A program made the position numbers and the translations under genes. A stretch of DNA of 63,515 nucleotides, the filler included, from Octopus bimaculoides (Eukaryota): the NCBI RefSeq assembly GCF_001194135.2. It is 5 parts of 4 records of this genome, joined end to end, with 100 filler letters (N's around TTAATTAATTAA, not from the genome) between each part and the next. Parts side by side here need not be neighbours in the genome. Positions count along the whole stretch, not along the records: positions 31,370 to 56,517 come from NC_068994.1; 4 more parts are not named here. One strand, written 5' to 3'. Shown piece by piece: positions 37,637 to 49,879 of this stretch (the stretch's first letter is position 1; each line of letters begins with the position of its first letter). Under the pieces are notes generated by a model that was not told the origin of the DNA, made no database searches, and worked only from the letters and a program-made list of their open reading frames with translations.

Positions 37637-38665
37637 ATGTCCAGTAAGTTCCCCGTCATTAATCCCCTGCAGGGAAAGTTCGCCATCGTCAATTTACTGT
37701 TTTTTGTTCAATAAAATAGTTTTTACCTATTAATGGTGAGATACTACGGACATATTTTCTTAATAAACTTTCATCATAGTGAACTTTACCTGTGCTGAAC
37801 TGATGACAGTGAACTTTCTCTGTGGTGAATTGATGGTGGTGAACTTTCCCTGTGGTGAACTGATGGTGGTGAACTTTCCCTGTGGTGAACTGATGGTGGT
37901 GAACTTTCTCTGTGGGGAATTGATGGCGGTGAACTTTCCCTGTGGTGAACTGATGGTGGTGAACTTTCCCTGTGGTGAACTGATGGTGGTGAACTGATGG
38001 TGGTGAACTTTCTCTGTGGTGAATTGATGGTGTGAATTGATGGTGGTGAACTTTCCCTGTGGTGAACTGATGGTGGTGAACTTTCTCTGTGGTGAATTGA
38101 TGGTGGTGAACTTTCTCTGTGGTGAATTGATGGTGGTGAACTTTCCCTGTGGTGAATTGATGGTGGTGAACTTTCTNNNNNNNNNNNNNNNNNNNNNNNN
38201 NNNNNNNNNNNNNNNNNNNNNNNNNNNNNNNNNNNNNNNNNNNNNNNNNNNNNNNNNNNNNNNNNNNNNNNNNNNNNNNNNNNNNNNNNNNNNNNNNNNN
38301 NNNNNNNNNNNNNNNNNNNNNNNNNNNNNNNNNNNNNNNNNNNNNNNNNCGGTGAACTTTCCCTGTGGTGAACTGATGGTGGTGAACTTTCCCTGTGGTG
38401 AACTGATGGTGGTGAACTGATGGTGGTGAACTTTCTCTGTGGTGAATTGATGGTGTGAATTGATGGTGGTGAACTTTCCCTGTGGTGAACTGATGGTGGT
38501 GAACTTTCTCTGTGGTGAATTGATGGTGGTGAACTTTCTCTGTGGTGAATTGATGGTGGTGAACTTTCCCTGTGGTGAATTGATGGTGGTGAACTTTCCC
38601 TGTGGTGAATTGATGGTGGTGAACTTTCTCTGTGGTGAATTGATGGCAGTGAACTTACCTGTAAT
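37637..38665. mobile_element. TIR element whose right arm is expanded into a 30-bp minisatellite
   Basis: Perfect 12-bp flanking direct repeat tggaacaaggct (37625-37636, 38666-38677). The left ~60 bp is a degenerate reverse complement of the terminal repeat units. Confidence 0.65.
37775..38660 (+). repeat. 30-bp minisatellite (tgatggtggtgaactttccctgtggtgaac)n
   Basis: More than 20 near-identical head-to-tail units on both sides of a gap. Translates as (VVNFPCGELM)n. Confidence 0.95.
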
Positions 38666-39554
38666 TGGAACAAGGCTGGAAAAAGGGGCTCAGGACAATG
38701 TGCAATGGATTGCTTTGATTTCTCATTCATGGTATAATGCAGTGATTCCTGTGTGTACAACAGCAGTACCATTGCAGATGTAGAAGTGACAGTCTATTGA
38801 TGTCTCCATGTGAAGCAGCACCACCATTCCAGTGTTAAAAAGAAATGTATACAAGTTGGCATGACAATTCATTATAATGATTGAGCAAAATTACCTGACT
38901 TTTCAGATGAAGTAGTTTGTTAGAAAACTATAATTTTCATGGTGGCTTATGCTACTGGGTAATGCAGGTCAGCCACACTTCATTTTTCTACAGTTTAAAA
39001 TAGAAGTGAAAGAGCAACACCTATAAACTTTTTGTTGAGATTGGTGGAGGAAAGAGAGGAAACAAAAACCACGATTAATAGGCCATTCTCAAATTGGAGA
39101 GATAGTCCAAAGAGCTGTGATAGCCTGAACTTTGCTAAAAGTATCCAAGAGCCTAGGGCTGAAATCAAGGTATCCAATGCTCTTGACCAGTCTGAAAAAT
39201 GTATGCCTCCTTCTCATACAATGTGTATTCCTCTGTCCCAGTCCAACAATGTGCATATTCTCTTCTGATTTTTCTCTATCCCTTCCTCCAGCCATCACCC
39301 TTTTTACATCAGTCGAAAAATACAATGGAAAATTATAATTAACTTGCAAAAACAAAAACAAAACAAAAAAGATCTATAGTTTTATGATCATACTTACCAC
39401 ACAGTAGATCTGTTATCTGACAACATTTGAAATGTTTTACACAAAATCATGTTAGAGGTTGTAACATCACAGTTCTTATCTCCTCATCCCAGTCCTCCAG
39501 CTTCCTCTATTCCAGGAATGACCTCATTTGTTCTCATTATTATTATTATTTGAA

Positions 39555-40690
39555 GGCGGATAAGGCGGTGAGCTGGCAGAACCGTTAGCAGGTTGGACAA
39601 AACCCTGAGCAGTATTTCATCTCTCATTACGTTCTGAGTTCAAATTCTACTGAAGTTGACTTTACCTTTCATCCTTTTGGGGTTGATAAATTAAGTACCA
39701 GTCATGTACTGGGGTTGATGTATGTGATCGACTACCCCCTTCCCTCAAATTCCAGGCCTTGTGCCTATATTAGAAAGGATTATTTTAAGGTGGTGAGCTG
39801 GCAGAATCATTAGTGCATTGAACAAAATGTTTACCCGTATTTCATCTACCTCTTTATGTTCTGAGTTCAAATCCTGCAGAGCCCAACTTTGCCTTTCATT
39901 CTTTAGGGTTCACAAAAATAATGTACCAGTTAAGTACTGAGGTTGATGTAATCGACTAATCCTTTCCCTCTGAAATTTGAAGCAATTATTATTAGTTTCA
40001 AATTTTGGCATAAGGTCAGCAATTTTGGGGGAGGGTATAAATTGATCACATTGATCTCAGATCTCAGTGCTCAACTGGTACTTATTTAATTGATCCCAAA
40101 AGAATGAAAGGCAAAGTTAATCTTATTGAAATTTGAACTCAAAACACGAAACTGGACAAAATGTTGCTAAGCGTTTTGCCCAGTGTTCTAATGATTCTGC
40201 CAGCTCACCACCTTTGAAACAACTATTCTTTTCTACTCTCGGCACAAGGACCGAAATTTTTGGGAAGGGGGCCAGTCGATTAGATCAACCCTAGTATGCA
40301 ACCGGTACTTAATTTATTGACCCCAAAAGGATGAAAGGCAAAGTTGACCTTGGCGGAATTTGAACTCAGAATGTAAAGACAGACAAAATACTGCTAAGCA
40401 TTTCGCCCGGCGTGCTAACAATTCTGCCAGCTCGCTGCCTTACTTTTGAAACAACTATTATTAAGGGTTTATGAAGGTTACAAGCTGGCAGAATCATAAG
40501 AGTGTCAGAAAAAAACATGTTTTGTGGTATTTGTTCTGACTCTTTATGTTCTGAGTTCAAATCCAGCAGAGGTCAATTTTACTTTTCATCCTTTCAAGGT
40601 CGATAAAATAAGATAATGATAAAGTACTTGGCTAAATGATATCAACTAATCCAACCCATCCCCAACTCAAAATTGCAGCCTTATGTGAAA
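39555..40690. repeat. Cluster of five SINE family A copies (+,+,-,-,+)
   Basis: Heads ggcggtgagctggcagaa at ~39565, 39790 and 40483. Reverse-complement heads ttctgccagctc at ~40197 and ~40423. Confidence 0.85.
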
Positions 40691-40799
40691 ATTAGAAATC
40701 ATTAATACAGTTTGTGTTTTTAAATAAATTTAGATCTTAGTATTTTCGTATTTGTGTGGCACCCTAGGTGATTCCCTAATTTGTCTAATGTATGACACC

Positions 40800-41262
40800 A
40801 ACTCTGTGAGGACCAGGCAGTAATATTAACTCAAGTGCCATTCTCCTCTATAGAGCAGAAACATGGCCCCCCTTGAAGACCCTGGCAAAGAAAATCAATG
40901 GCTTCAGTAGCAGAGCCTTGAAAACCATCAAGAACATCAAATGGTACCATCATGTTTCCAACAAAAAACTATGTACATGCATGCATCAGCCCGCAGTCTC
41001 CTACCTCGTAGCTATCCATCACATGCACTGGTATGGACATATCCTCCTTCTCTTGCTAGATCATCCTATCAGGGCTTTACTCTTATTTAATACAGCAGCT
41101 GCAGGCTGTAAGAAGCTTCGTGGCAGACCGTGCACCAGATGGCAGGATATGGTTAAGGAAGATCTCCAGAAGCTTGACATCATTTTGGAGGATGCAGAGG
41201 GGTTGACACAGGACTACCAGTGATGGAGAGTGCTGGTGAGCCTGGTTGTCTCTACACATGAT
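40800..41262 (+). mobile_element. RTE-clade LINE 3' fragment
   Basis: KINGFSSRALKTIKNIKWYHHVSNKKL...MHWYGHIL...RGRPCTRWQDMVKEDL...WRVLV is the typical RTE ORF C-terminus. Confidence 0.8.
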
Positions 41263-41469
41263 GATGTCTCTGGGACTACTAATCTGAGATGATCTCAGCT
41301 TCATCAAGCAAGAGCATGAAGCAACAGCAGCAGCCAAATTGAGTCTATCACTCAATAAAAGCTATAATCTATCTGATGAGCTACAATACAAATTTTGGTT
41401 AATCCAGTTTCACTCAAGGATTTTACATTGGCGTTAAGAAGGGTCATCCAGCCATAGAAACCAAACCAA

Positions 41470-41695
41470 AGGTGGCGAGCTGGCAGAAATGTTAGCACGC
41501 TGGGCGAAATGCTTAATGGTATCTCGTCTGCCGTTACGTTCTGAGTTCAAATTCCACTGCAGTCGACTTTGCCTTTCATCCTTTCGGGGTCGATAAATTA
41601 AGTACCAGTTATGCACTTGGGTCGATGTAATCGACTTAATCTCTTTGTCTGTCCCCTCTATGTTTAGCCCCTTGTGGGCAATAAAGAAATAAGAA
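41470..41695 (+). mobile_element. Full-length SINE family A inserted in an older SINE
   Basis: TSD agaaaccaaaccaaa / agaaaccaagccaaa. The host continues as ...ctgtctaacccatgcc...gatgatg. Confidence 0.85.
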
Positions 41696-42871
41696 ACCAA
41701 GCCAAATTCGAACTGGAGTCCGGTGCAGCTCTCCAGCTTACCAGTTCCAGTCGAGCTGTCTAACCCATGCCATCATAGAAAATGAATGCTAATGAACGAT
41801 GATGGTTGGTATCAAGGATTTAGTAGATGATACTTGTCCAAGGTGCTATGCAGTAAGACTGAACCTGAAACTATATAACTGCCTAGAAAACTCTTTAATC
41901 AGATGGCCATATACGTTTATGCAGGGTGAAGGGGGGGGGGTGTTATTAGAGGGAATTTGACTGTTGTCTCTAGCTGGTCAAGTGACCACATTGCCTCTCT
42001 CTCGTCAGTTCAGTTTCATGTTGTTTAGTCTCAGGTCAATTGCAGTTGAGTAGGTTTATGATAAAAGATTTTCCAGAAAGATTTAGCTGCTGTTTCTAGT
42101 AATTAGAGAGACTAGTTGAGATTCACCAGTGGTTCAATTTCAGGATGACCAAAGATGTTGAAGAAAGAGACACTACAAAATAACCCTGTGCAATAAAAAG
42201 AAAAAAAAAGTACACACATTCTGAGGAAACTGGCAAAAATTATTTAGTGAAGTTTAAATAAGTTTATATGCCAAAAAAGAGGAGATNNNNNNNNNNNNNN
42301 NNNNNNNNNNNNNNNNNNNNNNNNNNNNNNNNNNNNNNNNNNNNNNNNNNNNNNNNNNNNNNNNNNNNNNNNNNNNNNNNNNNNNNNNNNNNNNNNNNNN
42401 NNNNNNNNNNNNNNNNNNNNNNNNNNNNNNNNNNNNNNNNNNNNNNNNNNNNNNNNNNNNNNNNNNNNNNNNNNNNNNNNNNNNNNNNNNNNNNNNNNNN
42501 NNNNNNNNNNNNNNNNNNNNNNNNNNNNNNNNNNNNNNNNNNNNNNNNNNNNNNNNNNNNNNNNNNNNNNNNNNNNNNNNNNNNNNNNNNNNNNNNNNNN
42601 NNNNNNNNNNNNNNNNNNNNNNNNNNNNNNNNNNNNNNNNNNNNNNNNNNNNNNNNNNNNNNNNNNNNNNNNNNNNNNNNNNNNNNNNNNNNNNNNNNNN
42701 NNNNNNNNNNNNNNNNNNNNNNNNNNNNNNNNNNNNNNNNNNNNNNNNNNNNNNNNNNNNNNNNNNNNNNNNNNNNNNNNNNNNNNNNNNNNNNNNNNNN
42801 NNNNNNNNNNNNNNNNNNNNNNNNNNNNNNNNNNNNNNNNNNNNNNNNNNNNNNNNNNNNNNNNNNNNNNN

Positions 42872-43200
42872 GGAACAGCCTGCTCGTGAAATTAACGTGC
42901 AAGTGACTGAGCACTCCACAGACACGTGTACCCTTAACATAGTTCTCGGGGGATATTCAGCGTGACACAGTGTGACAAGGCTGACCCTTTGAATTACATG
43001 CACAACAGAAACAGGAAGAAAGAGTGAAAGAAAGTTGTGGTGAAAGAGTACAGCAGGGTTCGCCACCATCCCCTGCCGGAGCCTCATGGAGCTTTAGGTG
43101 TTTTTGCTCGATAAACACTCACAACGCCCGGTCTGGGAATCGAAACCGCGATCCTATGACCATGAGTCCGCTGCCCTAACCACTGGGCCATTGCGCCTCC
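42872..43200 (-). mobile_element. tRNA-derived SINE, same family as 4840-5229
   Basis: Reverse complement of the head, ccactgggccattgcgcctcc, ends at ~43200. Confidence 0.9.
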
Positions 43201-43915
43201 TCACAAAAGTTAAAGAATGAATAAAAACCTGAAACTAATTTTCGTAATGAGATTTCCAGCATCTAATAGGTTGAATCAGTTGTTTTCTGACAAATATCAA
43301 GTTCCCACCATAGTGACATAGCTAGAGTTTGTGCTGATCAGAGTAACTCTGGAGTTTGTCCCCACCCGGACCCCCACAGCCTATAGAGAATTGGTCCCCA
43401 ACTTTTTTGTTACAGACAGGTTTCATGCAAGACAATTTTCCCACAAACCATGGGATCATGCCTATAACAAAACACTTAGTGCATAGTATATAACTTAATT
43501 ATTACATATATAATACATACATATTATATATAGGCAGAATTCTGGTGTTTAAGTACCCCATATAACGCTTCATAACTTTTCTTTTATGGAATTTAAAGAA
43601 AATTTTGCAAATATGTGTTCCACACACGGGAATTCATGATCTATGAAAAAGAAATTGGGTGTGATTTAAGGGTGATTTAGCTGTTATTTTTAGCACATCT
43701 TACGACCACCTGATACTTTTCTTGTTTCTTTGTCACTCTGATATATATTGATGTTTTTCAATATTTTTCTCTCCATAAACACATTAAATGGAATGATAAT
43801 GCACCCAAGGGTGTCCATTGCTGGGGTTTAAACACAAAATTCGAACTAATGCAAAAATACCCATCAAACTGCGATAGTCAATGGGAAAATTTCTTTTTTT
43901 ATCTTATTCTTTCAG

Positions 43916-44060
43916 AGTGGCCAGGTCCCACATGGCCCACGGCATGGGATTGGGGATCCCCACTAGACAAGCTTATAAGTTTTTACAGCAGGCCAAAAGT
44001 ACCTATAAAGACCCTGCGGACAGCCCCGCTAGCTATGCTACTGCCCTTCGACCTACTTGA
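43916..44060 (+). CDS. Candidate terminal exon (VARSHMAHGMGLGIPTRQAYKFLQQAKSTYKDPADSPASYATALRPT*)
   Basis: Strong pyrimidine tract ttcttttttttatcttattctttcag. Phase 2, compatible with 34053-34119. Could instead belong to a DNA transposon. Confidence 0.25.
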
Positions 44061-44469
44061 AATTTTTAGCACTCCATTCTTTTATAATAAGTAAACGTAA
44101 AAAAGATTTGCAGCCATAATTTTTTCATCACCATGGAGTTGAAAAAGTTTAAGAAGTTGAAAACCATTTTAATTTTATATATATATATATATATTTAAAA
44201 AATGGCAATTAGTGCGCCTTTATTCATCACGGTCCTGCCCTACATGACAAAACACTGGGTTGAACCGTTGCTTTAAGTACCCCTCTCCTCTGCATTGTTA
44301 AATTTGTACTACCTCCAAGCTTAGTGATGTTAATTATAGAAAAGGACATTTACATGAAGGTATTCTGCTCGCATTTCGATGCCCTGTGGGTTACGAGAAT
44401 ATTTTGACTAATGAAACACAGCTGAAAGAATCTTTTGAGTTTTAATTTTCAGTTAAACCTTTTTGATAT

Positions 44470-44513
44470 GAGAGAGAGAGAGAGAGGGAGAGAGAAATAG
44501 AGAGTGAGAGAGT

Positions 44514-44600
<87 letters not shown>
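44470..44600. repeat. (GA)n microsatellite
   Basis: Direct observation. Confidence 0.97.
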
Positions 44601-44606
<6 letters not shown>

Positions 44607-45016
44607 TATATAAATAAGTTTCTTGACATAGATAGAACGAGTAGAGTAGAGTGTGTCTTGTTACTGCGGACGATTTTTCTTTTTGTCATTGCTAAAATTA
44701 GAATCAGAAGGTAAAACATCAGACGTCAAGAGCTGTGGTGAAGGGGATGGAATGAAAGTTTCGAAGAGAGAATGTGCAAGTAATAAAGAATAATGAGGAA
44801 AGAGAAGAAAAGAGAGAAAGATAATGATGAAGGCATGTAAGTAGAACATATGGTAAAATTTATGATAAGGACGAACCAGGGAGATCCGTATTATTGATTT
44901 TTTTGTCATTTCGTGACCCAAGCCGACGATAGCTTATGAAGGCGACCTCCCCCAGTCTTCACCAACTCTTACATTAATCAGACTTCGAAACAACTTGCTT
45001 GTTCAAGTGCACTCAC

Positions 45017-45051
45017 TCAAAAACCGGATGCCAGTAGGTTTCAGGGTCCAT
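45017..45051 (-). CDS. Candidate first coding exon of a divergent gene (MDPETYWHPVF[D/E], phase 2)
   Basis: Minus-strand ATG at 45051, consensus donor GA|GTGAGT, preceded by a GC/CpG-rich UTR-like stretch at 45070-45200. Confidence 0.3.
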
Positions 45052-45415
45052 CAGGAGAGAGAGAAAGAGAATGTGCACTGTTTCGGGGCCTTCCTCTCGG
45101 CGGTTTTAACAGCGCACCGGTCCCGTTCGCTGATGCGAGGCCCCGCCTACTGGATCGACTGACTAGTATTCGATCTTAAGTCCATGTCCGGGGGTCATTA
45201 TCTCTATTCAAATAAGTGGAGTTGTGCAGGTCGGAAATGCCATATAGGCAAAATAGGGGCCTGCCCCCAACTCGCAACCTACACATCACCTCTCTGCTAG
45301 TCAGGTTTCATAATTCGTTTATCAGCCAATGGCTGGCTCTCTCTCTCTCTCGACTGTCGCAGCCTCGACCAAACTCCGATATTGTCATTATACATTATAT
45401 TACGAGTTTACCGTG

Positions 45416-45782
45416 CAGGCGCAATGGCCCAGTGGTTAGGGTAGCGGACTCGCGGTTTGGATTCCCAGACCGGGCGTTGTGAGTGTTTATTGAGCGAAAA
45501 CACCTAAAAGCTCCATGAAGCTCCGGCAGGGGGTGGTGGCGAACCCTGCTGTACTCTTTCACCACAACTTTCTCTCACTCTTACTTCCTGTTTCTGTTGT
45601 GCCTGTAATTCAAAGGGTCAGCCTTGTCACACTGTGTCACGCTGAATATCCCCGAGAACTACGTCAAGGGTACACGTGTCTGTGGAGTACTCAGCCACTT
45701 GCACGTTAATTTCACGAGCAGGCTGTTCCGTTGATCGGATCAACTGGAACCCTCGATGTCGTATAAGCGACGGAGTGCCAAC
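45416..45782 (+). mobile_element. tRNA-derived SINE, same family as 4840-5229
   Basis: Near-identical sequence. Imperfect TSD a(c/t)gagtttac. Confidence 0.9.
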
Positions 45783-45896
45783 ATATGAGTTTACGGACTA
45801 AGCCGATCCTAGAATCTCACGTGGATAAGAACATCTGTAAAAAGACGGCACGTGAGGGAAATAGGAACAGAACAGAAGAGTCGAGTCCAAGACAGA

Positions 45897-45911
45897 GCGG
45901 AAGTGACGTCA
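45897..45911 (+). promoter_or_regulatory. Overlapping ETS-CRE motif GCGGAAGTGACGTCA in a CpG-rich promoter-like region
   Basis: ETS core CGGAAGT overlaps a perfect CRE TGACGTCA. E-box CACGTG at 45849-45854. ~620 bp upstream of the Lst2 ATG. Confidence 0.65.
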
Positions 45912-46534
45912 GCGCGGTAGGTGTTCACCGATGCAATACGCATGCCCGAGCCATCACGGCTCGTCGCTCCTTGTGCATGTCTCAGAGTCCCCCCCCCTTC
46001 CTCCTATTATATAACTAAGTAGCTATTTTAGTACGGATTTTTTGTTTGCTTGTCTTCTAGTTGTTTAAACACTCTATATGTATATATATACACGGGCACA
46101 GATACATAGATATATACACACACACTCATATATGTATATATAATACACACACAGCTTTTTTTTTTTACTCCTCAAACCAGCATTTTCTCTCTTTATCTCT
46201 TCAATTAACCCACCTCTTTTCCCTCTTATAAGCATTATTATTGTTTCTCATTGCTTACCTCCTATCATATTTTTGACCCCCCTCTTTAAAACACACACAC
46301 AGATCTATATATATATATATATTATATTATATATATATATATTATATTATATATAACAATATCACTTTCGTCATTTCGCGCTTCCATTTCTTCTCTTTGG
46401 TCGACAGTGATTACATTATTTATTTTTTTTAACCCCCCGCCTTCTTGTTTTACTACCCTTCTATCTCGGTTGCAAACATTCAACGTCTAGGCTATTTTTT
46501 CTGGTCACGCTGGAATGAAAGCACTGGCGGTAGG

Positions 46535-46570
46535 ATGAACTCTTTGCGAAGGTGGCTCTACAAGCCGAAG
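46535..46570 (+). CDS. ZFYVE28: Lateral signaling target protein 2 homolog, first coding exon (MNSLRRWLYKPK)
   Basis: Matches the conserved Lst2 N-terminus (human MMNRFRKWLYKPK) and ends in phase 0 at AAG|GTAAGT after KPK. Later exons were not found in the window. Confidence 0.85.
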
Positions 46571-46628
46571 GTAAGTCCACTTGTCATCATTCTATTGTTG
46601 TATCACCGAAGAATATTTATGGATAAAT

Positions 46629-46677
<49 letters not shown>

Positions 46678-46764
46678 ATGTATGTATATATTTATGTATA
46701 TATATATATATATAATCCAAGTTATGGCTAACTGCATCGATATATATATATATGTATATATTTG

Positions 46765-46820
<56 letters not shown>

Positions 46821-46837
46821 TGTATGTATGTGCACAC

Positions 46838-46870
<33 letters not shown>

Positions 46871-46947
46871 AACAAACATATACTGCATGCATATTTATTT
46901 ATTCGCACAGACACGCACACCAGCAGACTTAAATATATAAACATGTC

Positions 46948-46998
<51 letters not shown>

Positions 46999-47695
46999 TA
47001 CACACACACACACACACACACAAACATGCCTGTACAGTCACGCATACAAGAGCCTTCATATTAATTTCTGTTGTGCATGTATCTGAGAGTTAGAGGTATA
47101 TAGCTTGAGCATGTTATATATATTTATACATATATATATATATATATTTATTTTCAGCTGCTTAAAACGTCGATCATTTTAGCGGATTACTACTCATCAC
47201 CTATGTTTTCGATTTTTCTTCTCTTCTATCAACCACTTAATACCACTTATAAACAAAATAAATAGACAAAGAAGGAAAAAAACAAAATAAAAATGCAAAC
47301 AATGAATTATATTGTAGTCATGTTTCAGTTATTCATACACACACACACGTATCATGTTTGATATTTAACTCCCACGGACAAGATATAAGACATTGTCAAT
47401 AATCTGAACACCCCTTACTCTACATGAGATAGTTTGGTTACTATTTTGGTCTGTTGGCTGTTGAGTCATCACACACACACACAATATTCTATACCTATAT
47501 GTACTATCAATACGTTTTTGTGTTTCTGAATGTATGTGTACAATTGTAAATTTCAACGTAATCTATATCTTTATATTAAAATGTCTATGTATGTTTCAAA
47601 TTTTATGTATGTGTATATTAATTGTACATATATCGTTAAACGTAAACATTTGTGTATATATGTGTGTGTGTATGCTTAAATTTATATAAATGTGT

Positions 47696-47733
<38 letters not shown>

Positions 47734-48764
47734 CGTATCTACATGTACATGTCTCTAAATATATGTGGATGTATGTGTGCATATATATGTATCTATATGG
47801 ATTTTGATATATATCTGTCTATATGAAGGCTTATTTTTACTTATGTACATGTATATATGTATATGAATGTCTATACACGAATATTTGCTTTTATATGTGT
47901 ATGTACGCGTCTATCTATTGGCAATCCTTCGGAGATGTCAAAATAAAATCATGTTTTATCTATGTGACCGGATGTATGTACCTGTATATGTATATATAAA
48001 TATGTACATGTAGGCACACATTTCTATATATATATATACATATCTGAAAGTGTATTTACACACACATCTATCTATCTGTCTATATAATTTAACTTCCATT
48101 TTCAATGCTGACATAAATCAGACGGATGCCGTTCCTATCGCTAACGTTTCCAAAAAAGATAATGCTCCACTATGGCCAGATGTTTTTCACTGAAGATTGG
48201 AAATATAACATCATGAAGGTGATGCTCGTTTACAACCATCACGTGATGTCTAGACATATACGACGGCCTTGTATATATGTATATATACTTGTGTGTATGT
48301 ACATATGTATAAATATGTATGTATATACAAATGTATGCACATATGTATAAATATATATGTATATATAAATGTTTGTATATAAATATGTATCTATACAAGT
48401 ATGTATATATACGCATGTGTATATACATAATTGCGTATATACACGCATGTGTGTATGTGTATAAATGTATGCATATGATGTACATATATATGTGTACATT
48501 TGTGTATGTATATATATATGTATGTATATACAGAAGTGTATATGCATATATGTATATGCATGTGTATACATATGTATGAATGTATATAAATATCTAAATG
48601 CTTGTGTGTATATATATATATATATCTTATGATGTGGTTTATTTATCCGGGATACCCTATTGAAATGTGCATAGGTTTGGCTTATTGTGGTTGTTTCTGT
48701 TATTATAATTGTTGCTGCAATAAAGTATCTTCAATGCATTGATTTTGAGCTCTATCTTTTAAGA

Positions 48765-48799
<35 letters not shown>

Positions 48800-48809
48800 N
48801 NNNNNNNNN

Positions 48810-48870
<61 letters not shown>

Positions 48871-48975
48871 TAATATACACGCATATATACATGCATGGAT
48901 GTGTGTGTATATTTATATATACACACATATATACATGCATGGATGTGTGACTAGATATATGTGTGTGTGTGTATG

Positions 48976-49009
<34 letters not shown>

Positions 49010-49879
49010 ATGTATATTAAGTGCTTCTTGTGACATCTCTGCTGTTACCTTACAGTTTGCAAAGCGAGTTGTGCAAGCTTGTCTATGTATGTGTGTATTT
49101 TTACATGGGACTCAAGGAATTCATTGAAGTGGACTTACTATCTGATGCCCTTTCCTGTTGCCAACCAACACTTTCTTTTGAACCAAGATAACATTTCTCC
49201 ATAGCCATGTTTTTTTTTGTGGAAGATTGGAAACTACCAATACTTCTTCTGTGACGGTAACACTTGTTTACAAATATCACGAGTTGTTAGGACAAGGGGA
49301 AAAATAAACACATGAAATATACTCTCGAGTCCATACACTCACCACACGTACACATATACATACACATACACACTGGCCTTTTTTCAGTGTCTCATTACTA
49401 AATCTGCTCTCTAGATTTGGGTAAATCTGGGGTTACAGTGGAAGGCACATGTCTAAAATGTCACGCAGTGGTACTTACCTCAAAGCCATTTGGTTAGGAA
49501 GCAAAATTTTTAACTATCCACACACATGCTTGTGGGTATGTATACACATATGCATATATATATATATATTATATAAACAAACGCAAGTACATTTTGCGCT
49601 AAAAGGCCGTATGGGAGTTTCTCTCATGGTAACTACTGCAGTATGGTTTGTTCTAGCAGAACATCCGCATATAAGTGGGAATATATATATATATATATAT
49701 AATGTAAATATTTTTATGTTCAGTTATAAGAAAAACAATTTTATATTAATCTGATGGGTCACTCTAGGCTTTTGTTGTTGACAATGACTTCCAAGTTTTG
49801 GTCTAAGTCATATATATATATGGGATGAAGTAGTTAAAATTAATTTCAGGATGTTGAGCCTCACAGAGGAGATGATCGG

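Noticed and set aside
37775-38660. CRISPR array or repetitive protein CDS (VVNFPCGELM)n / (SSPPSIHHRE)n
   Set aside because: Units are head-to-tail with no unique spacers, in a eukaryotic context. A 30-bp stop-free unit gives open frames automatically, and there is no splice or start context.
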